Shown here: positions 1 to 9,171 of the stretch, in pieces
Position numbering within the stretch: position 1 is the stretch's first letter
Layout: every line of letters begins with the position of its first letter
Assembly (NCBI GenBank): GCA_944323295.1
Contig: CALUSD010000017.1
Coordinates: 1-44,589 of the forward strand
DNA length: 44,589 nucleotides
Reading direction: 5' to 3'
Source: an uncultured Bacteroidales bacterium
GTDB taxonomy: Bacteria; Bacteroidota; Bacteroidia; Bacteroidales; UBA932
The notes under the pieces: model-generated
What the model was told of the DNA's origin: nothing
The model's input: only the letters and a program-made list of their open reading frames with translations
Databases searched by the model: none
Program-made: the position numbers and the translations under genes

Positions 1-1404
1 GACTACGGGGCGATAGGCGAACTTGTCAAGCACGGAGTGGCATCCGACAGAAAGGATGCCGGGAGGATAGCCATGAATGCCGGCACGGACATGGATATGG
101 CGACAAAGATATACCCCGACTTTCTCATGGAACTGATCGAAGAGGGGAGTGTCCCCATGGAAGCCCTGGACAGTGCCGTACGCCGTGTCTTGAGACTTAA
201 ATTCAGGGCCGGACTGTTCGACAGGCCGTATACGGCAGGCACGGCCCGTCGTCTTACCGGATGCGAAGAACATCTTGCCTTGGCTGAAAAGGCGGCAGAA
301 GAAAGCGTGGTCCTTCTTAAAAACGATGGAGTCCTTCCTTTGCACAGCGACCTGAAGACGGTCCTCATAACGGGACCTTTGGCCGATTCTCCTCATGACC
401 AGCTCGGTACCTGGACCATGGACGGTGATACCTCGATGACCGTCACTCCATTAGATGCCGTCAGGCAGAGGTATGGGGACAGAGTGAATATTCTTTACGA
501 ACCCGGACTGCTGTTCAGCCGGGACAGGGACACTTCATGTTTCCCGGCCCTGAGACGGAAGGCTGCCGAAGCGGACGTGATATTGGCTTTCATGGGAGAA
601 GAAGCCATATTGAGCGGGGAAGCGCATTCTCTTGCCGATATTTCCTTGAAAGGGGCTCAGAAAGAAATGATGAGCCTGCTGGCCGCGGCCGGGAAGCCCG
701 TGGTGATGACCATAATGGCAGGCAGGCCTGTGACAGCCAAGGATGAAATTGCAAAGGCCGATGCTGTGTTGTATTCCTTTCATCCGGGAACGATGGGCGG
801 TCCGGCGCTTATGGATATGATCTTCGGCAAAGTCAGCCCGTCGGGAAAACTTCCGGTTTCGATGGCGGTACATGTAGGCCAGTATCCTCTTTATTATAGT
901 CAGAAGTCTACAGGACGGCCTGCAGCCAAGATAAAAAGTATAGACGATATCCCGAGAAATGCCGGTCAGTCTGTCCTCGGACATTCTTCATATTATTTGG
1001 ATGTCGGCGTCAAGCCTCTTTATCCTTTCGGTTTCGGCCTGTCATACACGGATTTTACCATTTCCGATCCGGTGGTGGAGAATATGGAACTTTCTTGTTC
1101 AGATACATTGCGTTTCAGCGTAACTGTCGAAAACACAGGTGATATGGATGGGGCCGAAGTCGTTCAGGTTTATGTCCGGGATGTGAATGCTTCCGTTTCG
1201 AGGCCTGTCCGTGAGCTGAAGGATTTCAAGAAAGTGTTTCTGAAAAAAGGGGAGAGCCGCCGGATGGACTTTTCGCTTCCAGTGTCTTCGTTTTCGATGT
1301 ACGATCTCAGGATGGAGAAGGTCGTGGAGCCTGGCCGCTTTATCGTTTTTGTCGGCAATTCCAGCGAGGCCCGCGCATCTTTTTCCGTGAGTGTCGGGAA
1401 CTGA
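1..1404 (+). CDS. GH3 beta-glucosidase (BglX-like), 5'-truncated by window edge
   Basis: Frame open from base 1 (DYGAIGEL, the GH3 nucleophile-Asp region). Contains AGTDMDM, ESVVLLKN, GEEAILSGEA, PSGKLP and YPFGFGLSYT, plus an FnIII C-terminus (EVVQVYV..RPVRELKDF). Confidence 0.93.
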   Translation, partial: DYGAIGELVKHGVASDRKDAGRIAMNAGTDMDMATKIYPDFLMELIEEGSVPMEALDSAVRRVLRLKFRAGLFDRPYTAGTARRLTGCEEHLALAEKAAEESVVLLKNDGVLPLHSDLKTVLITGPLADSPHDQLGTWTMDGDTSMTVTPLDAVRQRYGDRVNILYEPGLLFSRDRDTSCFPALRRKAAEADVILAFMGEEAILSGEAHSLADISLKGAQKEMMSLLAAAGKPVVMTIMAGRPVTAKDEIAKADAVLYSFHPGTMGGPALMDMIFGKVSPSGKLPVSMAVHVGQYPLYYSQKSTGRPAAKIKSIDDIPRNAGQSVLGHSSYYLDVGVKPLYPFGFGLSYTDFTISDPVVENMELSCSDTLRFSVTVENTGDMDGAEVVQVYVRDVNASVSRPVRELKDFKKVFLKKGESRRMDFSLPVSSFSMYDLRMEKVVEPGRFIVFVGNSSEARASFSVSVGN

Positions 1405-1422
1405 TTCCGCGAAGGATGTTTG

Positions 1423-1549
1423 AAAGAGGGTGACTAAAAAGGAGGAATTTCAAGGCTTGCGAAGATGAGAAAACCGGAGTGTACTGTCGTACATGAGGAT
1501 TTTCGAATCGAGTATAACGCAGAAAGTCCCCTTTTTAGTCGCCCTCTTT
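1423..1549 (+). repeat. ~127-bp palindromic MITE/REP-like element, copy 1
   Basis: 20-bp terminal inverted repeats AAAGAGGGTGACTAAAAAGG / CCTTTTTAGTCGCCCTCTTT. Manual alignment gives ~89% identity to the reverse complement of 30431-30556. Confidence 0.9.
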
Positions 1550-1559
1550 TGTTATTGGG

Positions 1560-1919
1560 TTGCATTTGTCTTCGGCCTCTTGCATTGCTCTCGGCTTCTG
1601 CGATATTTGGACTTCGTCCACATATACTGTAGCGCCTCGGCAATGCAAAAGTCCTCGACTGCATGCAAACAAGTTTGCATTTGTCTTCGGCCTCTTGCAT
1701 TGCTCTCGGCTTCTGCGTATATTTAGCCTGACGGTTACATATACTGTATCGCCTCGGCAAAACAAATAAATTTGTTCTGCTCTCGGCTTCTGCGTATATT
1801 TAGCCTGACGGCTACATATACTGTATCGCCTCGGCAATGCAAAAGTCCTCGCCTGCATGCAAACAAGTTTGCATTTGTCTTCGGCCTCTTGCATTGCTCT
1901 CGGCTTCTGCGTATATTTG
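1560..1919 (+). repeat. Tandem array of hairpin repeats (117- and 77-nt units, BIME/REP-like)
   Basis: CATATACTGTA recurs at 1621, 1738 and 1815. TGCTCTCGGCTTCTGCG occurs four times. Multiple internal inverted repeats. Confidence 0.93.
1888..1919 (+). promoter_or_regulatory. Bacteroidota sigma70-type promoter for ridA, lying within the last repeat unit
   Basis: CTTG-N20-TATATTTG versus consensus TTTG-N19-21-TAnnTTTG; 17 nt before the ATG at 1937. Confidence 0.65.
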
Positions 1920-1936
1920 CAGAAAATTTCTTTGAG

Positions 1937-2311
1937 ATGAAACAGATTATTGCGACAGAAAATGCGCCGAAAGCGGTAGGTCCGTACTCTCAGGCAGTTG
2001 AAGTCAACGGAACGTTGTATATTTCAGGACAGATCCCTGTGGTGCCTGCCGACGGCTCCGTGCCAGAAAGCATCGAAGCCCAGACAAGACAGTCATTGAA
2101 AAATATCGGCGCTATCCTCGAAAAGGCGGGCATGCAGTATTCCAACGTGGTCAAGACTACGGTCTTGCTGAATGATATAGCTGACTTCTCCGCCATGAAT
2201 GCCGTTTATTCCGAGTTTTTTACCGACGAGAAGCCTGCAAGGGCATGCTATCAGGTCGCAGCTCTTCCCATGGGCGTCAAAGTGGAGATCGAAGCTGTCG
2301 CAGTCCGCTGA
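1937..2311 (+). CDS. ridA: RidA/YjgF/UK114 reactive-intermediate deaminase
   Basis: MKQIIATENAPKAVGPYSQA..ISGQIP..PARACYQVAALP..VEIEAVA. The true start is ATG 1937; the upstream ORF extension runs through the repeat. Confidence 0.93.
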   Translation: MKQIIATENAPKAVGPYSQAVEVNGTLYISGQIPVVPADGSVPESIEAQTRQSLKNIGAILEKAGMQYSNVVKTTVLLNDIADFSAMNAVYSEFFTDEKPARACYQVAALPMGVKVEIEAVAVR

Positions 2312-2372
2312 TTTCATTTGCTCGGCTCTCTGCTTTTATGTAAGTTTGCAGCTTGGAAAGATATCATAGCTG

Positions 2373-4652
2373 ATGAACAGAAAAACCATAATCATGTGTG
2401 TGACGGTGACATGCGTATTTGTCATGGTGGTATCCGTCGCACTTTTCTTTTTGTATTCCGGTACTGACAAATCGAAGAACGGTCTGGCTGATACCCGTGA
2501 TTTCATGCTGTTTTCAGCTGTCCCTTCGGATGCGCTTTCAGTGATGAAATTTTCGGATTTGGCATCCATGACCGAATGTCTGGTATCCGAACAGTCCGCA
2601 CTGCATTATTTCGTTACCGAAAAAGCGGAACGCGGCAAGATGGTCGCATTTCTTGAGAAATTATCCGCCTCTTCATCGCTTTATAATTCCGCCATGTCAT
2701 CTCCGGCAGTCATGTCGGTGCACAATATCGGAGATTTGACGCCGCTTCTGATTCTCGATGCCGGGAAGTCCGGCGCAAATCCTGCGGAAGCCGTGGATTC
2801 ACTGAATTCATTGGCACTCAGGTGCGGCCTGACGGCGCAATATACGGATGCCACGGACATTGCTCCGGCAGGCAGCCCGCTTAGAAAAAGGTCTTTGATG
2901 CTGATATCTCCGTCCGATATTCTCGTGCAGTCTTCATTGAGGCATCTTAAATCCGATATCTCGGTATGGGATGTCCCCGGATTTGCGGAGTCGGTACGGA
3001 TGTCTGCTGATGATGCCATGCTGATATTGCCGGCTTCCGGAGTGGAAAAGACTTTGACTGCGATATTTTCCTCGAAATATCGTGCATATCCGGTTTTCTT
3101 CCGCAAATATGCCGACTGCACGTCATTTTCCATAACAAACTTTGATTCAGAGACGTTCAGCATGACAGGAAGAAGCTATTCGGAAGGCGGAGCAAGCGAT
3201 TTCATGAATGTTTTTTCCAAAGTGGACCCTTCCGTCCCGGAAGTCGCTTCTGTATTGCCGGCATACACCATACATGCGGAGGCATTGCCATTGGCAGATG
3301 TTTCTGCCTATATCGACGCATATTTCGACTTTTGCGAGACGCAGTCATTGTCGAAGACACTCGAGTCTGAATTTTCCGCTCTTGAAAAACGAGGAGGCAT
3401 CGATCCTGCCGACTGGGCCGAATCTCTCAATATCAGGGAAGTGGCTAAAGCTGCTTATGTGTCGGGAGGTACCGTGGAAACAGTTTTGCTCGTACATGTC
3501 GGAAAGAAAGACAGCGCCATTCTGACAAAAGAAGGCGCATCTTCGAAGGACGGAGGCAATACCGTGATACGCAACTATGCATGGACCGGATATCTTTCGG
3601 CGCTCTTCGGACCGCTGTTCTCGACAGACGACGAGGCGCATTTCATCCTTGAAAACGGCTGGATGATCATAGGCAGCAGGAATGCTTTGGAAGAGTATAC
3701 GAGCGGAAGGGCTGTTGAATATACGCTGGCGGAATATTTTGCCGACGCTTCGATAACAGACGGGCTTTCGGGCAAAAGTTCGTATTTCGTATCATATCAT
3801 TCCCTGACGGAAGACGAGTCTTTTACAGAGGCGATGTTCGCGAAGAATTTCCTGCCGGCCGTGAAGGCTTCGTTCGGAGATATTTCCTATGAGCCCGTAT
3901 TTTTCTCCGTAGAAGAGAGCAAGTCCGGTATGGAATTGAATTTCAGACTGCATCGGACTACAGTCACAAAGAGTCAGGCTCCTACATTCGAGCGCGATAC
4001 ATCCGTACCGATTCCTGAGGGGCCGTTCCGGGTGAAAAATTCGGGGACAGGAAAGATGAATCTTTTTTACCAGCAGGACAATCTTTATCTTTGCCTTCAG
4101 GAAGAGGGCGGAAAAGGTCTGTGGGGCGTTCCTTTCGATGCTCCGATTTGCGGATGCGCGCAGACCGTAGATTATTATGCCAACGGCAAACTGCAGATTC
4201 TTTTCGCTTCAGGAACAAAACTCCACCTCATAGACAGATTAGGACGTTTCGTGAATCCTCCGTTCCCTGTAAATCTCGGCAAGGAAATCCTTTTGGGTCC
4301 GGATGTCTATGATTTTTCAGGCAGGAGAAAATATAATGTAATGGTGCTCCATACGGACAATACCATAGAAATGTACAATCTTCAGGGCCGCAGGCCGCCG
4401 GAATGGAAGACGATAACCTCCTCCGAGACCATAAAGGGGCTACCAGAGCGGATTCGTGTAGGCGGAAATACATACTGGGTGGTCAGGACATCCATTCAGA
4501 CGCTGATTTTCGGCTTCTATGGCGGAAATACTCTGACGGATTTTTCCGGAGACAGGATGATAAGACCGGACAGCGAAGTCAAACCGACAGGAGACAATGC
4601 GGTGGAAGTCGTCTGCTACGACGGAAGAAAGCATACTGTCAAACTGAATTAG
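2373..4652 (+). CDS. Large membrane-anchored hypothetical protein (possibly DUF3352-like, with a beta-rich C-terminus)
   Basis: 759-aa ORF with an N-terminal TM helix; C-terminal QTVDYYANGKLQILF. TAAGTTTG -7 box at 2341-2348. Confidence 0.75.
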   Translation: MNRKTIIMCVTVTCVFVMVVSVALFFLYSGTDKSKNGLADTRDFMLFSAVPSDALSVMKFSDLASMTECLVSEQSALHYFVTEKAERGKMVAFLEKLSASSSLYNSAMSSPAVMSVHNIGDLTPLLILDAGKSGANPAEAVDSLNSLALRCGLTAQYTDATDIAPAGSPLRKRSLMLISPSDILVQSSLRHLKSDISVWDVPGFAESVRMSADDAMLILPASGVEKTLTAIFSSKYRAYPVFFRKYADCTSFSITNFDSETFSMTGRSYSEGGASDFMNVFSKVDPSVPEVASVLPAYTIHAEALPLADVSAYIDAYFDFCETQSLSKTLESEFSALEKRGGIDPADWAESLNIREVAKAAYVSGGTVETVLLVHVGKKDSAILTKEGASSKDGGNTVIRNYAWTGYLSALFGPLFSTDDEAHFILENGWMIIGSRNALEEYTSGRAVEYTLAEYFADASITDGLSGKSSYFVSYHSLTEDESFTEAMFAKNFLPAVKASFGDISYEPVFFSVEESKSGMELNFRLHRTTVTKSQAPTFERDTSVPIPEGPFRVKNSGTGKMNLFYQQDNLYLCLQEEGGKGLWGVPFDAPICGCAQTVDYYANGKLQILFASGTKLHLIDRLGRFVNPPFPVNLGKEILLGPDVYDFSGRRKYNVMVLHTDNTIEMYNLQGRRPPEWKTITSSETIKGLPERIRVGGNTYWVVRTSIQTLIFGFYGGNTLTDFSGDRMIRPDSEVKPTGDNAVEVVCYDGRKHTVKLN

Positions 4653-4689
4653 GATAAAAAACATATTGCACACATAAAAATTATTCAAG

Positions 4690-6348
4690 ATGATCGAATT
4701 TAAATCGGTAAACAAACTTTATGAAAAAAGTTTCAAGGAAAACTGGGATCGTCCCGCTTTGTCTAACTATCAGGGCGTAACCCTTCATTATCGTGACGTT
4801 GCCCGCAGAATCGCGAAAATGCATATCATGTATGAACGCTGCGGTCTGAAAAGGGGGGACAAAGTGGCTATCTGCTCCAGAAACCAGGCGAACTGGGGAG
4901 TATCGTTCCTTTCCGCACTTACGTACGGTGCCGTGCCGGTACCTATCCTGCATGAATTCAAGGCCGGGAACATACACCATTTGGTCAACCATTCGGAAGC
5001 CAAAATACTTTTTGTCGACGATGTGGTATGGGAAGGGCTGACTGAGACGGAAATGCCCAATATCTTGGCTGTGGTCCAGATAAATACATTTTCTTTCCTG
5101 TATACGAAAAATGACGAAATCCGGTCTGTCAGAGAGCATCTGAACGAGTATTTCGGTCAGAAATATCCGATGAATTTCACGCCGGACAGTATAGACTATT
5201 ATGAAGATTCAGCGGAAGAACTCGCTCTTATAAACTATACTTCAGGAACTTCGGGCTTTTCGAAAGGAGTCATGATACCGTACAGGGCCCTTTATTCGAA
5301 TATCATGTTTGCCATGAAAGTGCTTCCGATGATAGGCAACAATTCCAATGTAGTGGCGATGCTTCCGTCCGCACACATGTACGGGATGATGTTCGAGGTC
5401 CTTTTCGAACTCACCGTCGGTACCCACGTACATTTCCTGACGAGGGTCCCGAGTCCGAAAATCATCATGCAGGCGCTTGCGGAAGTGAAGCCGGACATCG
5501 TGATAGCCGTGCCTCTGATTATAGAAAAAGTTTACAAGTCCAAATTGAAGCCGTTGCTCGAAAAGAGCGGAGTGAAGTTCCTGATGAAGGTTCCCGGGGT
5601 GGATCATGTGCTTATGAAGAAAATCCGTACGGAACTCATAAATGCGTTCGGCGGCAAATTCGAAGAAATCATCATCGGCGGAGCCGCATTCAACAAGGAG
5701 GTCGAGTCGTTCTTCAAGAAGCTGAATTTTCCGTTTACAGTGGGTTATGGCATGACGGAATGCGCCCCTATCATTTCTTATGACGACTGGAAGACGAACA
5801 GGGAATTCTCATGCGGAAAGACAGCCCCGAACATGGAAATAAAGATAGATTCTCCGGAGCCGGAAACCGTACCTGGAGAGGTCTTGGTCAAAGGAATGAA
5901 CGTTTTCTTAGGGTATTACAAGAACGAAGAAGCTACTCAGGCCGTATTTACCGAGGACGGCTGGTTCCGTACCGGGGATATGGGCGTGATGGACAAGGAC
6001 GGGTATCTCTATCTGCGCGGCCGTTCGAAATGCATGATTCTCGGGCCTTCCGGACAGAATATCTATCCGGAGGAAATAGAGTGCGTGCTCAATAACATGC
6101 ACTATGTGGTGGATTCGCTCGTGATAGAAGACAAGGGAGGTCTGACGGCTCTGATTTATCCTGATTTCCACCAGGCGGAAGTCGACGGGCTGAACAAGGA
6201 AGACCTGATAAAGGATCTGAATGCTTCACTTATCGTTACCAACAAGGAACTTCCGAATTATGCCCGCATTTCCAAAATAGAAGTGATGCCTGAGGATTTC
6301 GAAAGGACTCCTAAGAGAAGCATAAAGAGGTATCTGTACCAAAGATAA
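4690..6348 (+). CDS. Long-chain fatty acid-CoA ligase (AMP-binding)
   Basis: YTSGTSGFSKG, GYGMTE, GWFRTGD, GRSK and GQNIYPEEIE motifs. Confidence 0.93.
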   Translation: MIEFKSVNKLYEKSFKENWDRPALSNYQGVTLHYRDVARRIAKMHIMYERCGLKRGDKVAICSRNQANWGVSFLSALTYGAVPVPILHEFKAGNIHHLVNHSEAKILFVDDVVWEGLTETEMPNILAVVQINTFSFLYTKNDEIRSVREHLNEYFGQKYPMNFTPDSIDYYEDSAEELALINYTSGTSGFSKGVMIPYRALYSNIMFAMKVLPMIGNNSNVVAMLPSAHMYGMMFEVLFELTVGTHVHFLTRVPSPKIIMQALAEVKPDIVIAVPLIIEKVYKSKLKPLLEKSGVKFLMKVPGVDHVLMKKIRTELINAFGGKFEEIIIGGAAFNKEVESFFKKLNFPFTVGYGMTECAPIISYDDWKTNREFSCGKTAPNMEIKIDSPEPETVPGEVLVKGMNVFLGYYKNEEATQAVFTEDGWFRTGDMGVMDKDGYLYLRGRSKCMILGPSGQNIYPEEIECVLNNMHYVVDSLVIEDKGGLTALIYPDFHQAEVDGLNKEDLIKDLNASLIVTNKELPNYARISKIEVMPEDFERTPKRSIKRYLYQR

Positions 6349-6367
6349 GACAATCAATCAGTCGCCA

Positions 6368-6772
6368 ATGGAAAAATTCGACCACAGTTATCTGCAGATG
6401 GCTTCGATATGGGCCCAGAATTCTTACTGCAAACGCCGTAAGGTAGGGGCGCTCATAGTCAAGGACCGGATGATCATATCGGACGGGTACAACGGTACTC
6501 CGTCCGGTTTTGAAAATGTTTGCGAGGATGAAAACGGTGTTACCAAACCGTATGTGCTTCATGCCGAAGCCAATGCGATAACAAAGGTCGCCAAATCAGG
6601 CAACAGCAGCCAGGGGGCTACGCTTTATGTGACGGCATCTCCTTGTCTCGAATGTGCCAAACTCATCATTCAGGCCGGCATTACAAGGGTCGTCTACAGG
6701 GACGAATACCGTTTGACGGACGGAGTGGATTTGTTGAAAAAAGCCGGTATAACGGTGGAAAAGGTTGAATAA
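6368..6772 (+). CDS. dCMP deaminase (ComEB family)
   Basis: GYNGTP, HAEANAI and PCLEC zinc-deaminase motifs. Confidence 0.93.
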   Translation: MEKFDHSYLQMASIWAQNSYCKRRKVGALIVKDRMIISDGYNGTPSGFENVCEDENGVTKPYVLHAEANAITKVAKSGNSSQGATLYVTASPCLECAKLIIQAGITRVVYRDEYRLTDGVDLLKKAGITVEKVE

Positions 6773-6783
6773 CAAAGAGTCCG

Positions 6784-8355
6784 ATGAATAACAGGTCATA
6801 CACAGCATTGACAGCACTGATGGGTGTTGTCCTCGGCGTACTTGCGACTTTGGTCGTGGTGAAGATTACCGACAGCAGGAAGAAATTCGACGGTGACTAC
6901 AACAGGTGGCGCAAACTGAACCTCATCCTGCAGGAAGTAGAGCGCAACTACGTGGATACCATAGATATGAAAGAAATGACGGATGCTGCTGTAGAAGCCG
7001 CTCTGTCGAAACTTGATCCGCATACGGTATATTTGCCGCCTGTGGTGTTGGAGGCCTCGGAAACAGAACTGGCAGGCAACTTTGAAGGCATCGGCATCCA
7101 GTTCAATGTGCCGAACGATACGGCGATAGTGTTGAGCGTCATTCCGGGCGGTCCGTCCGAAAAGGCAGGCCTGATGCAGGGTGACAGAATCCTGAAGGTG
7201 GACACTGCAGTGATAGCCGGGAACAAGACGCCGCAGGACACCATGGTATCGAAAATGAAAGGCCCGTCGGGAACAAAAGTGAATATCACCGTAAAACGAG
7301 ACGGATTGGAGATTCCTTTCGAAATAACCCGGGGCAAGATACCGGTTCACTGCGTGGATGCTGCATTCATGCTGAACGATACTACCGGTTATATCCGGCT
7401 TTCGAAATTTACCCGGACGACGTATTTCGAGTTTTCATTCGCGGCAGAGAAACTTATGAATGCCGGCATGAAACGGCTCCTGTTCGATCTCAGGGACAAC
7501 ACTGGCGGCTATTTCGATCAGGCTTTTCTCGTATGCAATGAATTTTTGGAAAAAGACGATCCTATCGTCTATATGGAAGGCCTTCATCGTCCTCGGCAGG
7601 ATTTCAAGGCTGATGGCAACGGCAAATTGAAAGATATCGATTTGGAGGTGCTGATAAACGAATCTTCTGCCTCTTCGAGCGAAATATTTGCCGGAGCAAT
7701 GCAGGACAACGACAGGGGAGTGATAGTCGGGAGGCGCTCGTACGGAAAAGGTCTCGTGCAGGAGCCGATAAATTTCACCGACGGCTCCGGTGTGCGTTTG
7801 ACTGTTTCCCGTTTCTATACTCCGTCAGGAAGATGTATACAGAAACCGTATTCAGAGGACTATGCATACGACATATACGAGAGGTATGCCCATGGTGAAA
7901 TGACTGATGCCGACAGCATGAAAGTGGACAAGTCGAAGGAATACTATACGAGGGAAGGCCGTGTCGTATATGGCGGAGGCGGAATAGTTCCGGATGTCTT
8001 TGTCCCGATGGATACGACTAAGGCAAATGAGTTTTTCATGCAGGCAAATAAAAAATCCCTGCAGGTACGGTTCGCATCATCGATTTTCGACCGTTATCGC
8101 AGGACCTTGACTTCCATAGATGATTTCTCTTCTTTGGAAAAATATCTCGATGCACTCGACTTGCGCGGAAAATTCATAGAATATGCCAAGAATGAGGGTT
8201 TGGTGCTCAAGCAGTCTCAGACGGCCGATTTCGACAACTATATGATGCCTCAGATAAGGGCTCTTGTAGGCCGTTATTCCAAACTCGAGGATGAGGCTTT
8301 CTATCGTTTCTATCTCGTTATAGATGAAACGGTGAATACAGCCTTGAATCTGTGA
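6784..8355 (+). CDS. S41 C-terminal processing peptidase (CtpA/Prc)
   Basis: LDPH, PDZ domain (GIGIQF), DLRDNTGG, SASSSEI and GKGLVQ. Confidence 0.93.
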   Translation: MNNRSYTALTALMGVVLGVLATLVVVKITDSRKKFDGDYNRWRKLNLILQEVERNYVDTIDMKEMTDAAVEAALSKLDPHTVYLPPVVLEASETELAGNFEGIGIQFNVPNDTAIVLSVIPGGPSEKAGLMQGDRILKVDTAVIAGNKTPQDTMVSKMKGPSGTKVNITVKRDGLEIPFEITRGKIPVHCVDAAFMLNDTTGYIRLSKFTRTTYFEFSFAAEKLMNAGMKRLLFDLRDNTGGYFDQAFLVCNEFLEKDDPIVYMEGLHRPRQDFKADGNGKLKDIDLEVLINESSASSSEIFAGAMQDNDRGVIVGRRSYGKGLVQEPINFTDGSGVRLTVSRFYTPSGRCIQKPYSEDYAYDIYERYAHGEMTDADSMKVDKSKEYYTREGRVVYGGGGIVPDVFVPMDTTKANEFFMQANKKSLQVRFASSIFDRYRRTLTSIDDFSSLEKYLDALDLRGKFIEYAKNEGLVLKQSQTADFDNYMMPQIRALVGRYSKLEDEAFYRFYLVIDETVNTALNL

Positions 8356-9171
8356 TTATATTTGAGGCAGAAAACGATAGACGATAGTTCCGAATTGTCT
8401 TTTAGGAGCCGTTCCCGATGCTGTGAAGCGAGAAAGCCGGGCGGCTCTTTTCGCATATTCCCTCAGGCATCTGTCATCGGAAGAGGCCTCTTCCATGATC
8501 TCTGCATTGACTACGGCACCATTCTGACCGACTGTAATCCGTACGGTCACATCTCCTCCTCCAAGACATCGGTAGGCCGGTACGGAAAGCGTGACAGCTT
8601 TCCTGCCGTCCAATTCATACGATACTACGGACGGACCGGAATAGCTCCGGCTTTCGGTATCCGCTTCACATAGCTCTGAAAGCGATGCATAGTTTTCAGT
8701 GTCTTCGGTTTCGGCTGCGAAAGCGCCGCTCTTCAGCTCATTGGCAAGCCTTTCCGCATCACGGTACAGCTGCTCGACATCAGTGTTGCGGTCATCTTTT
8801 AGCTGGCCGCTGCCTGCATCTACGGCTATGTTCCGGATTTCTTCATCACCTGGAAGAATGTTGTAAGACGCTGTTCCTATGAGTTCATCTATTCTTTCGC
8901 TGATACTTTCCTTGAATTCGGTTTCGCGGACTTCCTGCTCAGACTGCTCGACATGAGAGAAATCCATTAAAAAAGAATTATCGCCTTTAAGCACGGTCCC
9001 GATTTGTGAAATCAGCAGGATTATCAATACGGCAAGGTGCAGGCATACGGTCATGTAAAGCCCTGATTTATCTTCTTTCGGAATCTCCGAAACCTTTCGA
9101 CGAATCAGTCTTGCAAGATGGTTTATGTCGGTCTTGACGGTTTGATAAAGACCGGAATCGCGCAGTCCCAC
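8356..9171 (-). CDS. TonB-family protein (N-terminal TM, TonB C-terminal-like domain); start uncertain
   Basis: LHLAVLIILL TM helix with His; C-terminal PAYRC..GDVTVRITV..G.V..A. Confidence 0.7.
   Translation of the reverse strand: MGLRDSGLYQTVKTDINHLARLIRRKVSEIPKEDKSGLYMTVCLHLAVLIILLISQIGTVLKGDNSFLMDFSHVEQSEQEVRETEFKESISERIDELIGTASYNILPGDEEIRNIAVDAGSGQLKDDRNTDVEQLYRDAERLANELKSGAFAAETEDTENYASLSELCEADTESRSYSGPSVVSYELDGRKAVTLSVPAYRCLGGGDVTVRITVGQNGAVVNAEIMEEASSDDRCLREYAKRAARLSRFTASGTAPKRQFGTIVYRFLPQI

Noticed and set aside
1560-1919. CRISPR array
   Set aside because: No unique spacers; whole units repeat with unequal periods (117/77 nt), and no cas genes are nearby.
1434-1936. ORFs across the repeats, including a 55-aa N-terminal extension of RidA
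   Set aside because: They are translations of the DNA repeats in several frames on both strands. RidA homology starts at ATG 1937.
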